A stretch of 64,000 nt of DNA from Callorhinchus milii (taxonomy: Eukaryota): assembly GCF_018977255.1 (NCBI RefSeq), contig NW_024704769.1, positions 4,526,001-4,590,000 on the forward strand, in the 5' to 3' direction. Made by a program: the position numbers and the translations under genes. Each line of letters begins with the position of its first letter. Position 1 is the first letter of the stretch. Under the pieces are notes generated by a model. That model did not search any database and was not told the origin of the DNA. It was given only the letters and a program-made list of their open reading frames with translations. Positions 11,365-22,851 of this stretch are shown piece by piece.

Positions 11365-11437
11365 GGCGCCCTCTCGTGGCCACAGCGGGAACATGTCACC
11401 TGCTGGTTGGAGCGGGAAAAGCGCCACCTGGTGGCCA
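11365..11437 (-). promoter_or_regulatory. Cluster of CTCF-like motifs between DUSP2 and DUSP11
   Basis: Minus strand TGGCCACCAGGTGGCGCT (11437-11420) and TGGCCACGAGAGGGCGCC (11382-11365), both close to the CTCF core consensus. Confidence 0.55.
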
Positions 11438-11590
11438 CTGTCTGAGCTGTGAGCAGGGAAGGTCTGAGGCCTTACAGTAAACTCCGGAACCTTCCCAACT
11501 TTAACCAATTTCTCCGTTTAAACCGCACGTTCCAGACTCAATTTCCGAGTGCTCACGTGTGGCTCAGGCTGTGCTGAAGGTTCTCTTCCC

Positions 11591-11862
11591 CACAGATGGC
11601 GACTGGCGGGTTTCCTTCACCAAAATGGCGACAGGCGGGTCTACCCCTCCAAGATGGCGACGGGGTGGGTCCACTTCACTAAAATGGCGGCGGGGGTGGG
11701 TCTGCTTCACCAAGATGGCGGCAGGGGGTGTCTACTTCACCAAGATGGCGGCAGGGGGTGTCTACTTCACCAAGATGGCGGCAGGGGGTGTCTACTTCAC
11801 CAAGATGGTGGCGGGGGACTGACACGCGTGCGCAGTGTGTTTCCGGCGGTATGTTTCCGGTG
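11591..11862 (+). promoter_or_regulatory. DUSP11 promoter: 30-bp tandem array of YY1 motifs followed by NRF1-like and ETS sites
   Basis: (C)AA(G/A)ATGGCG-type cores with ATG at 11596, 11625, 11654, 11684, 11715, 11745, 11775 and 11805; gcgtgcgca at ~11827; tttccgg at ~11840 and ~11854. Confidence 0.65.
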
Positions 11863-11967
11863 GCGGCCAGGCTGTGGGCCGGTGCTGTTGCCGTGGGCTG
11901 TGCCAGACGGGTCCCGGGGCCGCGGAGCGGGGATCACTGTCCGCCGGCAGCGCGGGCTCACGGCAAC

Positions 11968-14900
11968 ATGCCCAAGAAAGGCGTCCCCGACAGGTGAGGG
12001 GAGGGCCCGAGGCCCGGGGCCTGGGCTCGGGGTGAGGAGGCCCTGCATCCCCATTGGGGGGGAGAGCCCAGGCCGGGGGGGGGAGAGCCCAGGCCGGGGG
12101 GGGGGGAGAGCCCAGGCCAGGGGGGGAGAGCCCAGGCCGGGGGGGAGAGCCCAGGTGGGGGGGGGAGAGCCCAGGCCGGGGGGGGAGAGCCCAGGTGGGG
12201 GGGGAGAGCCCAGGCCAGGGGGGGAGAGCCCAGGCCGGGGGGGGGGAGCCCAGGCCGGGGGGGGAGAGCCCAGGTGGGGGGGGGAGGGCCCAGGCTGGGG
12301 GGGGGGAGCCCAGGCCGGGGGGGAGGGGGGGAGAGCCCAGGTGGGGGGGGGGAGGGCCCAGGCTGGGGGGGGGGGAGCCCAGGCCGGGGGGAGGGGGGGA
12401 GAGCCCAGGCCGGGGGGGATAGCCCAGGCTGGGGGGGGGGGGGGGGGAGAGCCCAGGCTGGGGGGGGGGTATAGCCCAGGCTGGGGGGGGGTGGGGGAGA
12501 GCCCAGGCCGGGGGGGGGGGGGGGGGGAGAGCCAGTAGAGCCAGTTGCGTGCTGCAAGACGCTATCCTACGGGAAGGGCCATGTATAAATGAAAGCGTTT
12601 ATTGTTTGAAGCGAGGAGATCGCTGGCTTTTCTGCTCGGAGGGTTTGAGCTGATATCACTCTGTGTCTTGCTTTTGCAGATGGAAAGATTATGCACCTCT
12701 CGGGCGACGTCTCCCAGGAACCAGGTTCATTGCGTTTAAAGTTCCTCTGCAGAAGGTCAGTGTTGGCTTCTGTCCTCCTGACCTGTCCTCCTGACGCTTT
12801 ACAAATGTAATTTGTGGCTGTTGTTACACACCTGGACAGAAACGAGAGGACACGACAGACAGTTTGCACACAGCGACATCCCCACAACAGCCGCAAAGCG
12901 AGAGACCAGTTCTCTCTGAGGGATTGTCGTCCAGGAAACCCGAGAGAAACTCCCATCTCTTTTTCAGGCTTGCCATGAAATCTTTAACGTCCACCTAAAC
13001 GAACAAATGGGAGCTTGGTTTAACGTCTCATCTGAAAGACGGTGTCTCCAGCAATCCAGCTCTCTATCTCTCTCTCTCTCTCTCACCCCAGCGGTACTCG
13101 GGAGTATCAGCCTAGATTGTGAGCTCAGAATCCTCAAACTTGGGCTTGAACCCACAACCTTCTGACTTGGAGGTGAGAGCGTGAGAGACTGAGCCAGGCT
13201 TTAGATTTGTGGAGACCTGTAGCTCAGTGGTTAGACACTTGCCTCACAAGCGAGAGAGACCTGGGTCAGGGTTAAAGTTTCCTTGCTCCACACGCCTCTA
13301 CCCAGCAGTAAATAGGAACCCGGTTGTTAGCGCCTTGGGACGTCCTCCTGACGTGAAAGGCACTTTGCAAATGTCATTTTGTTGTTGATGTTGTAGTTGT
13401 TGTTGTTAGTCGATTGGTGGATCGTTTTCTGGGGGTAATAATCCCTTCCAAAAAAACAATAATTTGGTCACTCAATCCACGCCTGTTTGTGGGACGCTGC
13501 TGTGCGCAATTGGCTGCCATGTTTCGCCCACAAAATACACTTCACTTTAAAGTGTATTCTGTGAAGGGCTTTGAGTCTCAAAGACGTGATAAGGCACAAT
13601 ATCAAATAGAAGGATTATTACTTTAATATGTTTGTTCTGGCTTTTAGTGGTTTGAAAACAAGCTGCACCCAGCTCAGGTGTTTACTCCGGCTGATCTTGT
13701 GAGACGGATTGAGAAACAGAAGGAAACTCTGGGCAAGATTATCGACCTGACCTGCACTGATCGCTATTACGATCCTGCGGTAAGGACCTGCCTGACACAG
13801 GGGGAAGTTTCATTACATAGGGTCAACAATACACACAGCTGATTCCTTGCCTCTCTCACCAGGAATTACCGGAGTATTTACATTTCGAGAAGATATTCAC
13901 TGCTGGTCACGCGGTGCCAAACCCCGAGACCATTTCACACTTCAAACAGGCCGTGAGCGAGTACCTGCAGGCCAACACACACAACGGTGAGCCTGGCCCC
14001 TGGGGACGAGGGGTTGGGGGGCTGCTGGGGTAACCAAGGGCTGGTAGGTAAAATGTCACTGTGTCTCTCAGCGCCTGGCAACAGCTGCTCTGAGGCTGAC
14101 TTCAGCTCTCAAACTCCACCATTCACATCAACTCCTCACACCCACAGCCCTGGCCCTCACCAGCCTCCACTCACTCCCCAACAGTGTGGTGGTGGGGTGG
14201 GGGGGGGTGCTGTTACCCAGTCTCCCAGCAGATCATCTTCAAGGTCCTTGTCTCTGCCCACACTTCCCTTCAGGTCCTAGCACCTCCCCATCTCCCAAGT
14301 GGCGTCTCCTTGGAGCTGAACCGGTGTCAAGCTGATGCACTTTGAATGTGGGAGTTGAGTCTCCCCCCCCCCCCACCCCGGACGGTCTCTAGCCCCGGTT
14401 CCTGAGCCAGGAGGGGCCGCAGTATCCCAGGGCACTCACTGCTGATGGCAGCACAGCCCGGCCTGGCTCATGGGCAGGGCCTGGAAGGGCCGACCAGTCA
14501 CTGGGGGCAAGGAATGCTCCCCCTCAGCTCCTGTTAACTCTGCAGCCAAAGCCCTAATGGGGAGGGGAGTTCTCGCTGGACAAGCAGCAGGAAAGCTTGG
14601 CCACAATTCCTTTATAACAGTTTTTCCAAATTGTCTGCTTTTAGATAAACTTATTGGAGTTCATTGCACTCACGGGGTTAACAGGACGGGTTACCTGATC
14701 TGTAGGTAAGAACATCTCACCTGGACTCTGCTCAGGAGCTCATCTCCAACAGAGGGAATGGTGGGGAGAGGGAGAGACTGTGTGGGCGGAGGGGTGTGTG
14801 TGGGGCGAGTGTGGATAGGGGACTGTGTGTGTGGGGATGTTCGGGTGGGGGAGTGTGGGTGGGGGAGGGGGTGTGGGGGAGGGGGTGTGGGTGGAAGGGG

Positions 14901-16093
14901 TGTGTGTGGGTGGGAGGGGTGGGTGGATGGAAGGGGGTGTGTGAGGGTGGGTGGGGGGGGTGTGTGTGGTGAGGGGGGCGGTGGGTGGGTGGTGGAGGGT
15001 TGCTGTACACTGTATGGACCCTGTGCCTGTTGCTGTTACAGGTACCTGATCGATGTGGATGGGATGGACCCGCATTCAGCCATTGAGTGTAAGTGTCTAT
15101 CATCGCTGTCAGCCCCTCCCCCATCGTGGGGCGACGCACACACTCACTAAATACTTTCCTTTATTTCCCTTCAAGTGTTTAATCGATCTCGTGGGCACCG
15201 CATAGAGAGGAAGAATTACATTGAGGACTTGCTGAGAGGCCAGAGGCGAAGGTGAGGGTCTCAGTGACTTCACTCCCCTCCCTCCCTCCCTCTCTCTCCT
15301 CCTTGTGCTTGGACTCGTACACCTGTCTGTGAGGTGTCTATGGGTGTGTGTGTGCGCATTAGTGCCTGTGCCTGTGTGTGCACGTGTGATCTTCTCACTG
15401 ACTGGGGTCACAGTGGGGTTCAAGGCATGTGAGCTGTTGTTTGTGTTTTGGGGGGGGGGGGGTGTTGGTGGTTGATGAGGGGGGTTGTTACCCAGGCTGT
15501 GGGGTGGGGGGGGGGCTGTTACCGAGGCCGCCACTCATGCAGGGAAACCTTTTCTGATCCACAGAAATAAAGGCTTGGATTCTCTGCCTTCCAACCCCCG
15601 GCGTCCACCAGGGAGACCCGGGCCCTGGTCTGGGGCTGGGAATGGGAACGGGTAAGAGAGGGTGGGGGCGGGCGAGTGGGGGTGTCTCGAACACGTGATG
15701 AGTCTCTATATCAAACACAATGATTATTATTGTTATTCACTGCCTTGTTACTGTCTCTCTTACAGAGCCGTGTTTGCCGGTGACTCGGGCCAACCTTGGG
15801 GAGCAGTGAGTGATGTAATGTCTGGCTGCAGACACTCGTTCCTGTTGCCCTATCACACCCCGTGCCCTCCGGGGGCACAGAGCTTCAGGGACATTTCTGC
15901 CCACCCGCTGGGCCCCGGCAGCAGGCAATACCGGCCGAGCTCCACGTACATGTACAATCCCTACGGATCCTTCAGGCTGCAGCCTTCGTGGAGGACGTCT
16001 CCGGCTGAGGGGGGGAGGGGTGGCCAGAGGGTACACACCTGGGGCTCTGGGGCCCAACACCAAGTGAACACGCACATCAGGTGGGACTATTAG
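11968..16093 (+). CDS. DUSP11: RNA 5'-phosphatase DUSP11 (PIR1), about 318 aa
   Basis: Exons 11968-11993, 12680-12755, 13648-13779, 13863-13986, 14645-14705, 15042-15088, 15176-15251, 15565-15651, 15766-16093 (957 nt, frame intact). [21 protein letters not shown], catalytic [36 protein letters not shown]. The last two exons (divergent tail) are less certain. An upstream in-frame ATG exists at 11851. Confidence 0.9.
12056..12533 (+). repeat. G-rich ~20-bp minisatellite (Gn-agagcccaggcc) at the start of DUSP11 intron 1
   Basis: More than 20 units with long G runs; G-quadruplex potential. Confidence 0.9.
13211..13622 (+). mobile_element. tRNA-derived Deu-type SINE (composite) in DUSP11 intron 2
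   Basis: ggagacctgtagctcagtggttag head; gctgtgcgcaattggctgcc core; ggattatta tail. Confidence 0.75.
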
Positions 16094-16656
16094 CCCAGGA
16101 GCCTGGCCCTGGGGGGCGGGGGAGGGGGGCGGGGGAGGGGGGGCGGGTGAGGATATCAGCCAGACCTCGGGGAAACAGCGACACTGACCTGACTGACCTC
16201 ACGCACTTCTGTGACATCCTGTGGCTAAACTGTGACCAGCTCTGTGCAGACACCCCCCAGCGCTGAGCGAGGCTGGGGGGGGGGCAGCGCGGGGGGAGCA
16301 CTGTGTTGCTGGACTTGCTGAGATGTTAACGCTGCAGCCCTGTGCCCATTCAGTCAGAGATCCTGGGGCTCGTTCTCCCTCCCTCTGTTTCTCTCTCCCC
16401 CGGCCGACAATCCCCCAAATAAAAAATCAGTTATTCAACTACACAGCTGTTTGCGGACGTCGCTATGCAAAAACTGGCTGCCACCACGTTTGCTTACAAC
16501 ACAGTCACTACACAGCACAAGAGGGGGTGTGGGGGCAGTGTTGTGGGGGTTTGAATCCCGGGTCAGGGTGAAACCTTAGGCAAGTTTCCTTACTCCACAC
16601 ACACAGGTACAAATAAACAAACACTGTTTACCCACATCAGCGAGCAGGAACCTGGT

Positions 16657-17152
16657 TGGTGGGGGGGGGTGGGGGTGAGTGTAGGGTGGGGGGGATGGGG
16701 GTGAGTGTAGGGGGGTGAGGGGGTGAGTGTAGGGTGGGGGGATGGGGGTGGGGGGTGAGTGGAGGGGGTGAGGGGGTGAGTGGAGGGTGGGGGGTGAGTG
16801 TAGGGGGGTGAGGGGGTGAGTGTAGGGTGGGGATGGGGGTGGGGGGTGAGTGTAGGGGGGATGGGGGTGAGTGGAGGGTGGGGGGGTGAGTGGAGGGGGG
16901 GGGGGTGAGTGTGAGGGGGTGAGTGTGGGGTGGGGGATGGGGGTGGGGGTGAGTGTAGGAGGGTGGGGGGGTGAGTGGAGGGTGGGGGTGGGGGGGTTGA
17001 GTGGAGGGTGGGGGTGGGGGTGAGTGTAGGGGGTGGGGTGAGTGGAGGGTGGGGGTGAGTGGAGGGTGGGGGTGAGTGGAGGGTGGGGGTGAGGGTAGGG
17101 GGGGATGGGGGTGAGTGGAGGGGATGGGGGTGAGTGGAGGGGGTGAGGGGGG
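16657..17152 (+). repeat. G-rich low-complexity tandem repeat (ggggtgagtg(t/g)agg)
   Basis: Direct inspection. Confidence 0.85.
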
Positions 17153-17199
17153 AACCTGATTTTCTTTAATTTCAACAAAAAGGATTTCAACATCGACTC

Positions 17200-17381
17200 A
17201 ACTTCCGATACAGGCCCCGCCCACAGCATCGGCCCCGCCCACAACCCCGCCCACCGCCCACACATACGGCCCCGCCCACAGCATCGGCCCCGCCCACACG
17301 TACGGCCCCGCCCCCTGACCTTGCGTCGTCAGGAGGCGCCGCTCCTCAGTCCAGGCCCCGCCGCCGCCGCCCGGGCAGCAG
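17200..17381 (+). promoter_or_regulatory. STAMBP promoter and probable non-coding exon 1
   Basis: ETS site acttccg at 17201; about 7 CCGCCC boxes at 17215-17315; CpG-rich; donor CAG|GTCAGT at 17382; acceptor at 18177, just before the ATG. Confidence 0.6.
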
Positions 17382-17512
17382 GTCAGTCCCCGCCCGCGCG
17401 GAGCCCAAGGGGAGCCTGAGGCCCAGCCACCGGCTCCCGGGCAAACTCTCCACCCACAGCCCCGGTCCCCAGGGGGGAGCATCAGGTTTCAAACCCCGGC
17501 CCCCGCCTCCCC

Positions 17513-18097
17513 CACTCACTGCCCCCACTGTCCCCCCTCACTGCCCCACTGCCCCTACTGCCCCCCCTCACTGCCCCACTGCCCACCTCACTGCCCTCAC
17601 TGCCCCCCCCTCACTGCCCCCACTGTCCCCCCTCACTGCCCCCACTGCCCCCCCACTGCCCCCCCCTCACTGCCCCCACTGTCCCCCCTCACTGCCCCCA
17701 CTGTCCCCCCTCACTGCCCCACTGTCCCCCCTCATTGCCCCCACTGTCCCCCCCTCACTGCCCCCACTGTCCCCCCTCACTGCCCCACTGTCCCCCCCTC
17801 ACTGCCCCACTGTCCCCCTCACTGCCCACTGCCCCCCTCACTGCCCTCACTGCCCCCCTCACTGCCCCCACTGTCCCCCCCTCACTGCCCCCACTGCCCC
17901 CCCTCACTGCCCCCACTGTCCCCCCTCACTGCCCCACTGCCCCCTCACTGCCCTCACTGCCCCCCTCACTGCCCCACTGTCCCCCCCTCACTGCCCCCAC
18001 TGTCCCCCCCTCATTGCCCCCACTGTCCCCCCCCTCACTGCCCCCACTGTCCCCCCCCTCACTGCCCTCACTGTCCCCCCCCCCTCACTGCCCCCAC
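17513..18097 (+). repeat. C-rich minisatellite (ccctcactgccccca/ctgt) in STAMBP intron 1
   Basis: Direct inspection; a reverse-complement relative occurs at 25431-25830. Confidence 0.9.
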
Positions 18098-18189
18098 GGC
18101 TGCGCCATTGTCCGGCTGCTGGGGGTGGAAGTGATTATCTGTTGTTGTTGTTGTAGCTGCTGAGCATCTGTGGGCAGAGACACGGAGCG

Positions 18190-21100
18190 ATGGCCGCCCA
18201 GCCCCACATCTTGGCCAGTGTCCCCCCCGAGGAGCGAGTGCGGTTGCTGACGAGGGGGGGCAGCACGGTAGAGGTGAACGACCACGTGCCCCCACGCAGG
18301 TATTTCCGCTCCGGCGTTGAGATGATCCGCATGGCGGCTGTGTACGCAGAGGAGGGTAACATCGAGAGCGCGTTCCTGCTGTACAACAAGTACATCACGT
18401 GAGTGACCCCCTCCCACACCCGCACGCCTCACCGCCCCCTCCTCATCTCCCTCCCCTTCTCCCCCTCCCCTTGCACCTCTCACCTTCCCTCCTCCTCAAT
18501 CCTCAGCTCCCACCCCACCCCTCCCCTCAGCCCCACCCCTCACCCCACCTCCCCAACCCCTCCCCACCCCTCACCTCCGCCTCTCCACCCCTCACCCCAC
18601 CCTCACCTCCCCTCCTCTCCCCCCCTCCTCGTCCTGCAGCTCAGTGGTTAGAGCACTCACTTTGCAAGTGAGAGACCTGAGTTCAAATCCAGGCAGAGGG
18701 TGAAACCTTGGGCAAGTTTCCTTACTCCACACAGAGCCTAATAATAATCCCTCCAAAACCAAAAACAATAATAAATTGGTCATTTTCAACCCACGACTGT
18801 TTGTGGGACATTGCTGTGCGCAATTGGCTGCCGCGTTCGCCCACAAATATACAGTCAATTCACTTTACAGTGTCTTCTGTGAAGCGCTTTGGGACGTCCT
18901 CCCGACGTGAAAAGCGCTATATCAAATGCAAGGATTATTATTATTATTATTATTATTATCCCTTCGCCCTCACCTCCCCTGACGGGAGCTGATTTATCAC
19001 TGAACCCTCAGGTTGTTTCTGGAAAAGTTGCCTAAACACCGGGATTACAAACTGAACACTGCCACAGAGAAGAAGGACACAATGAAGGTTAGTTCTGTTG
19101 TTTGTGTGTGTGTGTACATTGTGTACGGGCACTGTGTGTGTGCGGGCACTGTGTGTGCGCACACTGTAGGTGTGAGTGTGCCCGCGCGCACTGTGCGTGT
19201 GTGTGCCCGCGCGCTCTGTGCGCGTGCCCGCGCGCTCTGTGCGCGTGCCCGCGCGCTCTGTGCGCGTGCCCGCGCGCTCTGTGCGCGTGCCCGCGCGCTC
19301 TGTGCGCGTGCCCGCGCGCTCTGTGCGCGTGCCCGCGCGCTCTGTGCGCGTGCCCGCGCGCTCTGTGCGCGTGCCCGCGCGCTCTGTGCGCGTGCCCCCG
19401 CGCTCTGTGCGCGTGGCGCTCTGTGCGCGTGCCCGCGCGCTCTGTGCGCGTGCCCGCGCGCTCTGTGCGCGTGCCCGCGCGCTCTGTGCGCGTGCCCGCG
19501 CGCTCTGTGCGTGTGCCCGCGCGCTGTGTGCCCATGTGTGTGTGTGTGTGCCCGCGCAATGTGTGTGTGCATGCGCCTGGTCTGTGCTAACTAACGGCTG
19601 TGTCTGTGGCAGAGGCTGAAGGAGATCGCGTTCCCTCAGGCTGAGCTGCTGAAGGCAGAACTGCTGAAACGCTACAGTAAGGAATTCGCTGAGTATCAGG
19701 AGAGCAAGGTGAGCACCACCCAGACACACACACCCACACATACACCACCCACACACATACACCCCTCCCCNNNNNNNNNNNNNNNNNNNNNNNNNNNNNN
19801 NNNNNNNNNNNNNNNNNNNNNNNNNNNNNNNNNNNNNNNNNNNNNNNNNNNNNNNNNNNNNNNNNNNNNNNNNNNNNNNNNNNNNNNNNNNNNNNNNNNN
19901 NNNNNNNNNNNNNNNNNNNNNNNNNNNNNNNNNNNNNNNNNNNNNNNNNNNNNNNNNNNNNNNNNNNNNNNNNNNNNNNNNTCCCACCCACACACATACA
20001 CCCCCAATTCACAGCCCCCCGCCCCACCAACACACACACACACACACACAGATGGGCAGGCGGGTAAACGGGGAGGGGTGAGTGGCCGTTTGAAGGGGCG
20101 GTTGGGGGCGTGACCCTGTTGCGGAGGCTGACGGTATCTCCCTCCCCCAGAGGAGGGTTGAGGAGGAGGCTGAGAGGCTGGAGGCCAGGCAGAGGCTGGA
20201 GGCCAGTGAGCGGGAGCGAGTGGCTGAGCTGAAGAAGCAGCAGTCGGAGCAGGAGGAGTTTCACGTGTTCGAGGAGATGATCCGGAGACAGGAGCTGGAG
20301 CGGGAGCGCCGATGGGTGGTGCAGGAGTTTGTGAAGCCCCGCTCCCCCAGCCCGGACCCTCTCCAATTCCCCCTGATCCCCGGGGTTCAGCAGCCCCCAC
20401 TTCCCGGGCTGTCGTCCCCTCACATCTCCCCCCCTGCAGTCGATCGCTCCAACAAACCCTCCTCCGCATGGAACAGTGAGTATCTCCCGGTCTCAGCCCG
20501 GCTCAGTCTGTCTCAGGTCCCCCCCCGCACGTCAGGGCTTCCAAGCTCACAGTCCAAGCTGGCGCTCCAGCCCAGCGCTGGGGGGAGAGAGAGTGCTGGT
20601 GGGGGAGACAGAGAGAGAGCACGCGGGAGAGCGAGAGAGCATTTGAGAGAGAGAGAAAGCTAAAATTGTCGGAGACTCCGTCCTTCGGAGGAAACGTTAA
20701 CCCTCTGTGTCTGTGGTCTGCTCGTGCAGGTGTTAAAGATCTCCCCCCGCGGGGCTGTCGGGGGAAAGAGAAGGGAGTTTCTCTCTTTCTCTTTCCCCCA
20801 TCCCCGGTGTCCTGGCTCCCAGATTAAATCACTCGCTCGCTTCACGGCTGTTAGCAAGGACGTCACTGGGCGCAAACCGGCTGCTGGGTTTGCCCACAAA
20901 ACACACAGTCACTACCCTTTACAATAAATCTAGTGAGATGTCCTCCCGATGTGAAAGGCGCTTTAAGTGTAAGGATTATTATTTAACTCTTGAGAGTGTG
21001 ACAGTGGCTGTGTGTGTGTGTGACTGTGTGTGTGTGTGAGTGACTGTGTGTGTGTGTGTGTGAGTGACTGTGTGTGTGTGTGAGTGAAGGTGACGGTTTT

Positions 21101-22851
21101 ACTGGCTGTTTCTGGCAGATGTTGGTGGTGAGGGGCTGAGGAAGGTGCTGATACCAAATGCTGTTTGTCTGATGTTCCTGCGGCTGGCGGAGGCCAACAC
21201 CAACCGAGGAGTGGAGACCTGCGGCATTCTGTCCGGCAAACTGGTACGTCACCAGTAAAGCTCCCTCCACACTGTCCGTCCACCCTCCCAGGTCAGGGAG
21301 AAAGAGTGTGAAGCTTACTGTATCATGGAGTAAATAAAAGTCTGTCTGTGTCTGTCTGCGTCTCTCTCTGTCTCTGTAGATGAGGAACCAGTTCACAATG
21401 AGCCACCTGATTGTGCCGAAGCAGACAGGAGGCCCGGACTCGTGTGACACCGAGAACGAGGAGGAGATTTTCCTGATCCAGGATCAACACGGTTTAATAA
21501 CCTTGGGCTGGATCCATGTGAGTCTGGATTCTGCCACCATTCGTCTGTAGGAACCCACTTGTAAGTCGATTGACAGATCGCTTTCCTGGTGTAATATTCC
21601 CTTTAAACAAAACAAAAAATATAATAATAATGTGGTCACTCAGTCCACACCTGTTTGTGGGTCACTGCTGTGCGCAATTGGCTGCTGCGTTCCGCCTACA
21701 AAATACACAGTCACTACACTCTTCAGTGTATCGTGTGAAGCGCTTTGATGATGTGCTAAAGCTCTGTGTCAAACTTGAGGATTGTTTGTTTCAGACCCAC
21801 CCGACCCAGACTGCGTTCCTGTCTAGTGTGGACCTGCACACTCACTGCTCCTACCAGCTCATGCTCCCAGAGGCTGTTGCCATCGTCTGCTCCCCCAAGT
21901 ACAGCGAGTGAGTGTCTGTCTGTGTGTAGGGGAGCTTGGCTGGGGGAGGAGCTGGGTGGGGGGAGGGACTGGGCGGGGGGCTGGGGGAGGGACTGGGCGG
22001 GGGTAGCTGGGCGGAGGGTGGGGGGAAGAGAGGGTTGGCTGGAGGGGTCTCTATCTCCTGTCACTAACGCTGGGGTCTGTTTGTTCAGGACGGGGTTTTT
22101 CAGGCTGACAGATCACGGGATGGAGGAAGTGTCGTCGTGTAAAGAGAGAAATTTTCACCCTCACAGCAAAGAGCCTCCTGTGTTTGCTGTAAGTAATAAC
22201 CCCGGCCCCACGGCCCGGCCCCCCAGCCTGCTGACTGGTCCCTACACTGGCCAGGCACACAGTCACTGCACTGGACAGTCAGGTCTGTGTCCTCACACTG
22301 TGAGCCTGTCATTCCCAGCCTGGACGCCAGGGAGTTAGTGCTCACACTCGGGAGGGGAATTCCTGACTCTGTGAGTCCTGTTAACAGGAAGTGGGAATTG
22401 CTTTGGACAATAATCACAAGATATGTTTCCTTCACAAACTCACTTCCTTCTTGTGCGAAACTGAATTGTTGGTTTTGGAGAATAAATGAACGTCAGAGAA
22501 ATATCTGAAGTCGTTCCCCCCCCCCCCCGGGTCACAGCGACAAACTCTTACTGACTGAGAGCGGCCTGGGCTGGGGGGGCACTGGACTGGGCTCAGGAGG
22601 AGTTGGGGGCTGACTGGGGAAGTGGGGGGTGTGGAGAGTTGCCTGGAGCTTTGTGATAAAGAAAATCAGCCACAATCTGTCATGTCTCCTTTTCTCTGTC
22701 TGATAGTGTCCCTCGTGCTCAATCCTCTCTCTCGTGTTCACTGCACACTGTCACTGTGTGTGTGTCTCTGTCACTGTGTGTGTCTGTGTTTCAGGCCTGC
22801 CCTCATGTGACGGTGACAGAGGAAGATGTTACGGTGCTGGATCTCCGATGA
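18190..22851 (+). CDS. STAMBP: STAM-binding protein / AMSH deubiquitinase, 412 aa
   Basis: Exons 18190-18398, 19012-19087, 19613-19708, 20151-20475, 21119-21243, 21380-21517, 21795-21907, 22089-22188, 22795-22851 (1239 nt). MIT domain (RRYFRSGVE), SH3-binding motif PAVDRSNKP (AMSH rather than AMSH-LP type), JAMM motif ETCG...[18 protein letters not shown]-terminal DLR*. AATAAA at 23152. Confidence 0.93.
18631..18959 (+). mobile_element. Near full-length tRNA-derived SINE
   Basis: Highly similar to the copies at 26673, 44387 and 56601; (ATT)n tail. Confidence 0.85.
19205..19525 (+). repeat. 21-bp CpG-dense minisatellite (cccgcgcgctctgtgcgcgtg), about 15 copies
   Basis: Direct inspection; lies between STAMBP coding exons 2 and 3. 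Confidence 0.92.

Noticed and set aside
11549-12557. Long Gly/Pro-rich ORFs
   Set aside because: Produced by stop-free G-rich minisatellites in the DUSP11 promoter and intron 1.
15806-15830. Tiny GTGAGT...GCAG intron in the last DUSP11 exon
   Set aside because: About 25 nt, too short to splice; the frame reads through it.
19013-19619. Six-frame open ARALC/RARAQS repeat proteins
   Set aside because: The 21-bp unit lacks stops in all frames; the region is intronic.
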